NCBI GenBank assembly: GCA_964016885.1
Contig: OZ024740.1
Coordinates: 123,380,001 to 123,444,000, forward strand
Length of the DNA: 64,000 nt
Reading direction: 5' to 3'
Source of the DNA: Eledone cirrhosa
Taxonomy: Eukaryota
Shown: piece by piece, positions 1 to 10,119 of the stretch
Layout of the letters: every line of letters begins with the position of its first letter
Numbering within the stretch: position 1 is the stretch's first letter
Translations under genes and position numbers: made by a program
Notes under the pieces: generated by a model
What the model was told of the DNA's origin: nothing
The model's input: the letters and a program-made list of their open reading frames with translations, nothing else
The model's database searches: none

Positions 1-2359
1 CTCTTCTACTGGCGCTGATTGGCTGAGCTGAGCCAAATCACGCACGTGAGCCCGCGGAATGTAGGTCACTACATCACCTCCGAGCAGATTTTCAGCCGAA
101 AATCGTTAATGATGAAGCCGAGGACCCACAGATTATTGAATCAGCAAGAACAAATGCTGAAAGAGCACATCAGTGAAAAAATAATTGAGCAGAAAGATGC
201 ATGCAAGAAAAAAAAATGAGGCGCGACGGGCCGTGTTGAACCGCTGTCAAATGACTAGCTGTTTTGTAGTTTATACGTGACCACCAAAGGTCTACCAGAA
301 AACAGATAAAGTCTGACATTGGCGAAGTTGCTGTTCTTGCATTAAATGTTAATGGTAAGTGTTGTACCAGTAGCTGTGGACGAAGCTATGGTGGTAGTTT
401 ACCAGTGCTGGCAAGAAGATGATGGGTAGGCGAGAAAATGTTGGCCTCCCAGATGTATTGCCGAATGTGCTAGGGGGCCAGGAAAAAATGGCTGGTTGCT
501 TTGATAAGAAAAAAAGCAAGCTGAATCTGTAGGTGGGTTGCAGTCCCACAATTCGGGCGAATCCACAGAAGTGGTGGAAATGCTGACAAGTCCAGTTCTA
601 TTTGTTGTTTTCCCGGTGAGTTGGGTAAGATAACAAGATAGAGGTTGTTATGGACGATGAATATGCAACGAGATGCGAAACTGTTTGAGTTCAGCTGCAA
701 TTAGCATTCTCGTGTTGCGATGCAGGTGAATTAAGCTGCAAGTGTCGATAGCATGTTTTGGTACCTCTAGAAGGTGAAAAGAGATCTCGCAGAATATTAC
801 GACGCTTGAAGATCGCATACCATAGACAACAACATGTTGGTGTGTGTATATATGCAGGCATGTAATACAGCAAAGAAAATGTGTGCGTGCGGTCACATAT
901 ATAATGATAGAGAGAAATGAATTTTCATATAATACAGTTTTAAACAAATAAATCTCCAAAATAAATTCCTGAAACAAAAGGAAGAAAGAAAGAATTGTTT
1001 CTTTTCTTTTAACAAAAAGTCCGCTTCTGTTTTCTTTGGGATCGATCTTACTAGGAAGCTAGTAGAGTTGTTGTTGTTAAAGCAAAGTCACAATGAATCT
1101 TCTGTAGAGTCGAAGTCTAGCGTTGAAGAACCTATAGTCACCAACCTGGCAGCCACGTCTGACGCCATAATGGTGAGAAAACTAATGTCTTAATTTCTCG
1201 AGTCCTTGTGGTAACGAGACAGAAGATATGGTGGTTGCGTCGGTAAAGTTACAAGCCGTTTCCTGGTGTTGGTTAATAGTTAGTCATGTTTTGCTGATGA
1301 TGGCTGGTACTTGGTGGTAGCGGTTTTGAAATTTCCTCGTGGCGTAAAGTTTTGGAAATACTGCTAATTTTTTCTTTTATTTCTAAAATATTCTAAAGAA
1401 AATTTGAATAATAAAAAAAATTATTTTCTATGAAAATTATTCGCAAGAAAATCCAAGATGGCTGATTCAAAAATGAAGAAGCCGTCATGTGGCACGGTGC
1501 AGCCAATAAGACGGCTGGGATTGGAGAAGACAAGCTGTACGCGGGAAAACAAAATTCCTGAGTCTCCATTTGTAATTTCAACAGAACGCCGAAAGCAAAA
1601 TTCCACATCCAGAGAAATCCTTTTTTTTTTAATTAATTTTTTTTGTTGTAATTTTGTGTTCGTCTGTATGCGTGAGTTACTAGTGTTACCATGAAAGTTA
1701 TGACAGAAATATTGTGCAGGTCGCGTGCTTCAACAAGTGGAATATTATGAGTGTTATGGACTTATGCTAAGTGAGTCTAGCTACCCGATTCGAACATTCC
1801 AAATGTTAAGCCACTCTACATTGCCATTAAAACGAATGGCGAATTCAAATAGGCTGCGTTTTCATACTTAATCGTCGAGGGTCGCCAATTTTGTGTAGGT
1901 AGTGTATTTGTCACCAATTTAGCGGAGAAGTATTTAGAGAGTTGTAATGTCGCCACGAGGAACCAGGTTTGGTAGAAAGATATGATAGGAATATCGACAA
2001 CGACATTAGCTTGGTTTTACATTATTTATTAACAGAGGTTGAGCTGGCATGCCAAGAGAAATAAAACAAATCAATTAAGATTACAAGAGAAAATACGGTC
2101 GACTGGCTGAGGCGTTTAGCCATTTCCGTAGTAAAATTGTTGTGTCGTTACATATTGTTTGTGCTGGCGGAGCAAAAGAACAAGTGGTGTTTACGTTAGC
2201 ACGGTCTAGATGGAAGTGATAGCGTCCTCAAATCTTTGCGGGCTATTTCTCCCTCAGAACGCGTAGGGATACATCCTCTTCTACTGGCGCTGATTGGCTG
2301 AGCTGAGCCAAATCACGCACAGAGAATGTATGTGAACCCGCGGAATGTAGGTCACTACA
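1..2359 (-). mobile_element. Non-autonomous Gypsy-type LTR element, copy A (3' LTR runs off window start)
   Basis: Direct repeats 1-73 and 1918-2359 both end ...GGTCACTACA (minus-strand start TGTAGTGACC). On minus the LTR is followed by PBS-like TGGTGAC.. (1911-1916) and TGGCGACCCTCGACG (~1873-1887). ~1.8-kb internal region has no intact ORF and matches 51293-53024 in reverse orientation. Confidence 0.9.
1918..2359 (-). repeat. 5' LTR of copy A (~440 bp)
   Basis: Homologous to 50839-51291 and 53039-53491; starts TGTAG on minus; PBS follows directly. Confidence 0.88.
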
Positions 2360-2510
2360 TATATAAACATACGATCTTTATAAGATGTACAAGATTAAAG
2401 TTTAGCACAGCTTCTTTTCTCTTACGTTTTCAAATATATGTCTTGAGTTGTTTTTTGACTGTATGGTTTGGGTCATTTCCGTCATTTCTAAAGTAAGGGA
2501 GACATATATA

Positions 2511-2561
<51 letters not shown>

Positions 2562-2581
2562 TTTATTTTATATAGAATTGG

Positions 2582-2631
2582 CTTCCACAGGACTAAAACT
2601 GTTTCATTCATATGAAATCATCAGGAAAGTC
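2582..2631 (-). ncRNA. Degenerate hammerhead-ribozyme motif in a probable Penelope terminal fragment
   Basis: Minus: CTTTC-CTGATGA-tTTCatatGAAt-GAAA-CAG..CTG-TG-GAAG; cleavage triplet is GUG (non-canonical); flanked by (TA)n. Confidence 0.4.
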
Positions 2632-2734
2632 AGACAAGATTGGGTGGTATCATTATCTGTATCTTTTGGGGGCTTATGGCCACCTCCTGATACCTATTGG
2701 GAATCAACTAATTATATATATATCAGTTCTGTAT

Positions 2735-2832
2735 GAGCAAGACGTTGTGACTTAACCTAACATTGCCCACAACAGGACAACTCATCTACACCATCCAGAA
2801 TGGAAACATCGACATAAAACGATGATGATGAT
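2735..2832 (+). mobile_element. RTE-type LINE 3' tail fragment
   Basis: ..GAATGGAAACATCGACATAAAACGATGATGATGAT resembles the tails at ~42000-42040 and ~54095-54133. Confidence 0.55.
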
Positions 2833-3659
2833 ATATGAGAGAGACACAGACTCACAAACATTGTGATTTAAATGCATACACACCCACATAAACATATTAA
2901 AGCTAAATCCTAATTCCATTCTATTATAAGCTGAGCCAACTTATGCAGCTTCATATGCAAATGAGATTAATCACCTTATTTACACAGACGAGAATATATA
3001 TATATATATATATATATATATCCTCGACTGTTTCCAAATCCAGGAGTTTCAAGTGTGGGAGGGATCGTCCTGATGTTCGAAATGCATCAACGATTGTCCA
3101 CCTTGTTTCTGCTGGACACCACCAGAGGGCGTTATCTCTTGTGTTTCTTGCATAGCTACGGCTTTCTAAATGTTTACCTGTAAAGATATCGTATTTCTTT
3201 AGAAATACAAAATATCTATACATATCTGCCTGAAGCTAAATCCTACATCTATACACACACAATATATAAATATATATATATATATATATAAAACACAAGG
3301 TATATGTGCCAGTTCTCTCTCTCTCTCTCTGTATATATATATATATATATATATATGGGAAGGTAATTGTTACTGCTGAAAAGCAGTATACATGATAAGG
3401 CTTTCAATTTGTAATTAAACAAGACATTTTTTTAAATATGAATAGCTCATATCCCACATGAAAATTATATTTAAATATTCCATATCTACACTTTCAAAAA
3501 GAAAATTCAGTAATATACAAGATTGATTGAATCAAATGAAGCCATAATTTATTTCATAATATGGTTTTGTAGTTTTCTAAAACAATATTAATAATAATTA
3601 TTGCATGTGCTATCTGTTCACTATTTTGCTATGAGCTTAGTATATTTTCCAAAAATATG

Positions 3660-3960
3660 ATACCACTCAACTAATGTGATTTGAACCATAAACCTTTCAG
3701 TTAGTATTTTGAATAGCAACTTGGCAAAATTGTGAGAACATCAGAGTAAATGATTTGATATATGGTTTGTCAATCTGAGTTCAAATTTTGCAAAATGTTA
3801 ACTTTACTTTTCATCTTTTTGGAGTCAATAGACAAAGTAGCAGTCCAGCAGCAGTGAGTCAACAAAATTGTTAGAGCACCAGATGGGATGCGTTGTGGCA
3901 TTCTGTATTCAAATCTCACATTCTGTCGTGACTTTTTTCATGATCCTGCTGCCAGAAATT
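3660..3960. mobile_element. Cluster of old tRNA-derived SINE relics
   Basis: Degenerate TGAGTTCAAAT..CTTTACTTTTCATCTTTTTGGAGTCAATA..GTAGCAG, similar to the SINE at 60075. Confidence 0.55.
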
Positions 3961-4119
3961 CCAATTGTAACAGCAATAAAAAGATCAATGAAAACAGTTT
4001 TCTCGTTATTAGTTTTTAAAGCACATAAGTGAATTATTCACAGAAAAGTGAATCTAAGAAATGAATCATATTATAATATATATAATGTGTGAACATAATA
4101 TTGATGTGTGATTAAACGT

Positions 4120-4560
4120 TCATTTCACAATCTGGTTGTGAAATCAATCCCACACATGGTCTCTTAAACAGAACAATGGCAGTAATATTTCTTGCAGACG
4201 TTTGTTTCGTCAAAGTTGCAATTTCTGCTTACTACTGTGTTTGTGATCAAGGAAAAATATAGTTCTGATCATCAGCACTTTTCTCCTCCGTCTATAGAAC
4301 TTTTAACCATTCATGTTTTAATTAAATCACTTCTTTCTGATCATCATTGTTTTTGTTTTTCCTTGGAATGCGAAGACAACAGCATAGTTTTTATAAAGCT
4401 GTTAATGATTTGCAATAGGTTTGGTTTTGTTAAAATCGTTGAAATCAGTTCAGCAGAAAAATTAATCCTATAGGAATGTTGATTCTAAATAACAGTTTCC
4501 ATGCCTCAAAGTTTACATCTATTTTCTAAACTATAAGTAATACCCATTGTTGCAAAACGA
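4120..4560 (-). pseudogene. Possible heavily decayed hAT (Charlie-like) transposase fragment
   Basis: Broken minus-strand motifs (FEAWKL.F, SARNIT, ETMCGIDF) loosely resemble hAT transposase N-terminal motifs; many stops and frameshifts. Confidence 0.3.
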
Positions 4561-4937
4561 ACTGAAGTGAACTGATATTTTCTCACAGACAGTTGTAAAA
4601 AACACTTTCAAGTGCACGTTCACTACTTGACATAATGATAGAATTAATAAGAAAAAAGATAGCTCTTAAGGTAGAAGAGTTGACAGGTGTGTAACAAAGA
4701 ATATAGGTTTTTTAAATATTCTTTCCTACCAATGCAGCTTCACTGCTGTAGACTTTACACCATCTCATAAATTAATGCTTCAGAAAAAATAGAATTTGAA
4801 AAGAAATTACATATTTCATGGTTTTAACTTTTACGACCAACAAACGTGTAGTTAAGGAAATAAACATAGTATTTCTACGAGCACTGATTTATAAATATAT
4901 CATACAAAAACACATGACACTGCATTATCTAAATATG

Positions 4938-4976
4938 TACTGGGTAATTGCTGGCCTTGTGCCTAAAGTAGAAACA
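4938..4976 (+). mobile_element. ~40-bp 5'-truncated SINE insertion with 14-bp TSD
   Basis: TACTGGGTAATTGCTGGCCTTGTGCCTAAAGTAGAAACA matches the SINE 3' end at ~60218-60255; flanked by ATTATCTAAATATG at 4924-4937 and 4977-4990. Confidence 0.88.
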
Positions 4977-6009
4977 ATTATCTAAATATGGATATTATTT
5001 ATTTTGATGCCACTGTTGAAGCACACAACCAAATATAAATGGCATTTAAATAATTGCACCTACATGAAAGAAAGAACAAAACGTTGCGCTTCTAAGGTTG
5101 TTATCATGGTCTAACTGGCCATTTGAATACAGGTTACTTCATTGGCTATACCAAGTTGAAAGTAATTATCAAGCAGGCTATAGCTTGAGTCAATATCTGC
5201 TCAGTTCTTGAGCCAGCTTGATTATCAAATATTGATGAGACGGAGCTAAATTATCTTACAATTTACTTCTGGGTAAGAGTTATATGTCTCATATATGACA
5301 CCACAGTGACTCTTTTTCTCCTCCTAACATTCTGGATGCAGTGGTAAATGTGAGAGTTAAGTCATTCATAGAAAAACGGGATAATATTCTAAAATACCAA
5401 GAATGACTGGCAAACTACTTTTATCAGCAATTGCCATTTGAATGTTTGGAGGTGCAGGTCCATTAACAAAGAGATAGTTGATATTGTAGGCAGCTCACCT
5501 TACATATGTAATAAGTTATGCTCATGAGGATGCTTCCTTATTCCAACACTATAGCAACACTATCACCTACAGCAATGTTGTGAATTGGCTTGCCTTAAAG
5601 ATTTGGAGTGAAATTCCAGTAGCTTTTGTTGTGGAATAGCATTGATAGGACTTGTCTTCTCCTTTTCCTTTACTATTTTATATAACTTTAAAATATATAA
5701 ATTAGAATTATTTGTATGCATTCGATTGAAATAAATCTGATACCTAATAAATACCATAAGGCATTTTGTATATTTTAATATTTTTTTTAGTTTAGAATCT
5801 CATTTGTGGAATCACAATCTTAAAGGAAGAAAACAAAAATATCTTATTTGTTTCGTTGTATGGAATCGCGATTCAGTGCGTTTTCTTGTTGGTTAGGATT
5901 GGGGTTCATTGGGGCTTGGATAATTCTAAAATTTAAAACCTTTTTATTGACACCACTGTTGACATAATATTATATATTTTTATGAAGCACATCATTACGT
6001 AAGGAATGA

Positions 6010-7045
6010 GCTCTGCGTTAGAAATGGTAGGTGTGGCGGCTATTGCTGTCTGTCGCCCGTAACATTGCTTTCCTCATCATATCCGAGGGGCGCAGCAGCT
6101 AAGCTATATCGTCTAACCAAAGGTGAAGATTCTGGAAATACCCCATTCGATCCTCTGCGCATCAGAACACGTTTATTTTATCGTTTATCATTTTCGAATA
6201 TGACAAATTCCGAATTTGCGACTCGTTTTGCGACTCCAAAAACGTTGCTTCAGCCACAAGCCCGGTCTTCCATGTCCGCAATACAGAGGAGAGAAAGATA
6301 TTTAAACACCTGGGCCTGGTCGGTCGCTTTCTGTTTGTACTTGTCTCCGTCGAGATCTCTTATGTGCTTGGTACCCGCACTGCTGGTTTCCTCCATAAAA
6401 TCAGAAAGACAGCAGCCTGGGGTGATGTGGATGTTGCAGTGGGTGACTCCCGTTATTCTCCGAGATAATGTCTTTGCCACTGAAATCAACGCCAAGACAG
6501 GAGTGCAAAGTTTTCCCCCTACTTCTTTCTTTCGTTGCTTAATTCCTTGTTTCTTTTTTAATAGTACGTTTTGTTTTTGTATGAACAGCTTAGTTACCAT
6601 TGTAAAGATAAATGAGAATGATTCCGTTATGTCTTTCTTAAACAACAAAATAATGTTTCCTTTTCTTTTGAAAACCCTAAGAAAACATTTGTCACACTAT
6701 AAAAAATACATATCATGTAAGTGTTTCATCCGAATAACAACCCTAAGACACTTCTGACCTCACCAATAGTATAGTTTAAAGTTCACTCCTATCACTAAAC
6801 TTAGCAAATCAGTAATTTTAGGATCTACGCATTTGTTGCCATATTGGAGGTATTGAGTTATTTAAATTTATATTTAAATACCCTGGAGTGACTATGTATG
6901 GAATTATATACATTCTTCAATCAAATTTGTATTGGTCACCGTTATAAATTATGAACTGTTTCTAAATAAGTAAGTTGTCATCATCTTTTTAAACATCTAC
7001 TGTGTAACTAAAACAGACATATTCTTCAGTTTTCTTTTCTTCCGT
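6010..7045. repeat. Unidentified local repeat unit U1 (GC-rich block plus AT-rich block)
   Basis: Collinear similarity to U2-U4, e.g. TTTGTACT.GTCTCCGTCG.GATCTCT, AAATACCC.GGAGT.AC, GTAAGTTGTCAT. Confidence 0.85.
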
Positions 7046-8649
7046 TTTAACGGGCGTCAGTAAATAGTTATGAGAAAATTTCAATCAGTGAAATAAAGTT
7101 TATGACTTTAGGACGATGATAATTTAAACATTTATGACAGACCTCATTCGTTAGTGTTAACATATTTTATGAAGTGAGCATTAAATACCTCCCTATGAAT
7201 ACGTTTTGTGTCACGATTTGTTCTCCGCATCCAGCCTTATCACTTCGGCTACATTTCCGGTCTCCACAGTCCGAAATGCAGAGAGAAAGGTAGTTAAAAA
7301 CCGGGGCCTGACTGACCGCTTTATTTTTGTACAGGTTTCCTTAGAGATGTTTGGTGTGCTTAGGCCCGAACTGCTGATTTCCCTCGTGAAAGACAGCGAC
7401 TCGCTTGAGGAGGCATTCTCGTGAGGTGGCGTGCCTGTTGGTACGGGTGTTTCTGGCCATTCTCCTCTTTGGTGCTTTTGTCAGTTTGTCCACGGGGCGC
7501 AGCTGAAACACCACTCGGTCTAGAATGTACTATCTGTCCCTCCCCCTCTCTTACGTTGATTGATTTCTTTTTTTTCTGTTCCTTTTTTGCATATAATAAT
7601 GTAAATAATGTGTTTTGTTTTTGTATAACAACATAATTAAGATTATTCATATAATTGAGCATTTCCTTTATGTTTTTTGAATTACAATATATTTCCCCTT
7701 TCTTTTAAAAACTCTGATAAAGATTATGTCTCTCTTTAATTACATGTAAACACTGAAAAGCACACATGTATCGCGTCGTGAGTGTCTCGTCACAATATAA
7801 CAATCCTAAAACACTTCTGGCGTCACGAAGGGTACAGATTAACGTGAGCGGCTCCCAAGACAGTTAGCAAATCAGTAATTTTACAATCTAAATAGTTGAT
7901 GCCATATTGGAGATATTGAGAGTTATAGATTTATATATAAATACCCCGGAGTAACTACCTACGGAATTACATGCTTTAATCAAAATTGTATTGCTCACCT
8001 TTATCAACTATGAACTGTTTCACAAGTAAGTAAGTTGTCATTTTTTAAACATCTCTTGTGTAACTTAAACAGACATATTCTACAGTATTTTTCCTTTTAG
8101 CCACTGTTTTCAAGGAATGAATTTGGTTTTTAAATATTTCCAAAAATATTTAGATATTTCTTTCGTATACTTACCTGACCGTTATCTGTTATTAAAACAT
8201 GTAAATTTAAAATGAAACCAAAAAGATGTTTGTTCTTTCACCAACATTTCGTTAAACATTCAGAATCTGTTACTATAAATATACGTTTCATAATATTGCA
8301 TACGTCGTTCTGAAAACTTATTTCTTTGTATGTTAAATTCTCCCGGGAATTGGTTCCACAATAGTAGTGTAGCGACTAGCGCCACCTTGCCCGGGGAGAA
8401 AAAACTAATTGGAGTTACTTTCCGTTGAATTCTAGAAGATTCCTTGAACTTCCAGTCTAGGGATTATAAAGGAGGGAGAAAAGAGACATCTTAGCTTATT
8501 TGGCGACCGGCTCTCAGATAGTTCACTCACGAGGGAGTTTGTTAACCGTATTATATCTGTATCGAATTTAATTAGTGGTTGGCCTGCAGTGGCGTTTACC
8601 AAAGTAAATAACCCTGTGACCAATTCACTAAAGAGGTGACCTCGACGTG

Positions 8650-9149
8650 ATTGTTTCAGGGAGGTGGGTGGTGCGATATGCTGAATTGCTTCTACCTTAG
8701 ATGGCAAATGACGTATACCTTCTGAATCTATAATATGTCCAAATAATCCCAGTGAATCTGTACCAAACACACATTTAGCTGGGTTGATTCTGATTTGGTA
8801 CGATTGGAGACGCAAGAGAACACACAGAAAGACGAGATAATGCGTCCGCGGGTATGTTGGCAGCTCCAGCTATATGACGAATGTCACTGGTGTACTGGGA
8901 GATGAAATCCAAATGTCTGTATGCCCTTGGAGAGTATATGTCGGACTTGGTTTGAAGAGCGAATGTGAGTGGTTTATGGTCTGTGAATACCATGAACTCC
9001 CGACCTTCAAGATGGTGGAAGTTCCGGCTAATTAGCACGTTTAATTTTTGCTGTCTTTCCTGTACTCCGTTGACCGCAAAATACGCATCAAGTTGGGCGA
9101 ACCAAAATTTGGCATCGCCAGAATACGCTGGTAACGATGTCTTGCTCAT
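8650..9149 (-). pseudogene. Gypsy gag N-terminus, RNase H and RT-thumb fragments, fused out of order
   Basis: LPAYSGDAKFWFAQLDAYF (gag); EGREFMVFTDHKPL..RHLDFISQY..IRHIAGAANIPADALSR (RNase H); INPAKCVFG...GHIIDSEGI..LPSKVEAI (RT). Confidence 0.92.
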
Positions 9150-9238
9150 GATGAAATTTGGTCGAGAGAGATGATTTTCTTTTTCAAAACGTCGGTAGAA
9201 ATTATTTATTCAAACGTCGGTCACCAGTACCACATATA

Positions 9239-9612
9239 GTACCACATCCTTATCTACGCCTACTCGTAAATCTACCTCTACTGCTGTCAGTCCGTCCTTT
9301 TTTGTGGCTGCCGCTGGAAACCAGTTTCATGCACTCCTTACTTCGTTTCCCGAGTTAACGGATATTTCATTTAACCCTACTCAGGCAGCCCACTCGACTC
9401 AACACTTCGTAACAACAATTGGTCCACCTGTTTTCTCTCGTCCACGAAGGTTGGCTCCGGATAGATTTAAAAAAGCACGAAACGAGTTCGAGCATATGCT
9501 CCAGATCGGTCTTATACGACCGTCCACCAGCCCACTGGCATCTCCGCTTCACTTGGCTCGTAAGGGTAAAGCGGATTTTAGGCCTGTGAGAGATTATCGA
9601 CGACTTAATGCC
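9239..9612 (+). pseudogene. Gypsy pol fragment (PR-RT linker and RT N-terminus)
   Basis: GPPVFSRPRRLAPDRFKKARNEFEHMLQIGLIRPSTSPLASPLHL..K...FRPVRDYRRLNA. Confidence 0.93.
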
Positions 9613-10119
9613 GGACCGTTTGGTAAACGCAGTGGCGTTTACCAAAGTAAATAACCATGTGACCAATTCACTACAGTAGTTTGTCAATGTTGTTGGAACT
9701 AACTCACGGGAGACGCAGTCGAGGAACAATTACTCGAACCATCATCGATCAACTCTCAGACGATACAAATATCCGTAGGGAGCAGCTGCCAGGAGCATTG
9801 AAACATTGAGTTGTGGTACCACTTTGTGAGGAATATTCAACTGTGGTTGCGATAATGACGATGGTGGTTAAGTTGTTATTCTGAAAACATGTAGAGGATT
9901 TGGTTGTTATATTTTAATCTGGGGCGTTCCATGTTTGTCCTCTACGCCCAATTAAGGAAGAAAAACTTATGAAGGTAATGTATTCCCAAAGCAGAATTTC
10001 TTGTAGCATGTAATTGAATATCCACGTCTTTCGAATTGTTTTCTCTGAATAATGTCCATGTTTTACCGGATTAACGATTACCACCACCAAATCGGTAGGC
10101 GTGTATGTTTAAGAAAGAA

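Larger units (their letters stand above)
8368..9675 (+). mobile_element. Rearranged Gypsy LTR retrotransposon with 4-bp TSD
   Basis: TGTAG...CTACA termini; GTAG at 8364-8367 and 9676-9679; LTR 8368-~8632 whose last ~47 bp recur at 9629-9675; tRNA-Trp-like GGTGACCTCGACGTGATT at ~8635-8652; gag/pol fragments on both strands. Confidence 0.92.
7225..10085. repeat. Repeat unit U2, interrupted at ~8341-9865 by nested insertions
   Basis: 7225-8340 aligns to U1/U3; 9866-10085 aligns to ~12578-12755. Confidence 0.8.

Noticed and set aside
6065-6757. 230-aa plus-strand ORF
   Set aside because: Non-ATG start, no recognisable domain, frame not conserved in U2/U3.
7818-7830. TGGCGTCACGAA resembling a tRNA-Ser PBS
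   Set aside because: Homologous positions in U1/U3 differ (TGACCTCACCAA, TGACGTCACCAA) and no LTR pair is present.
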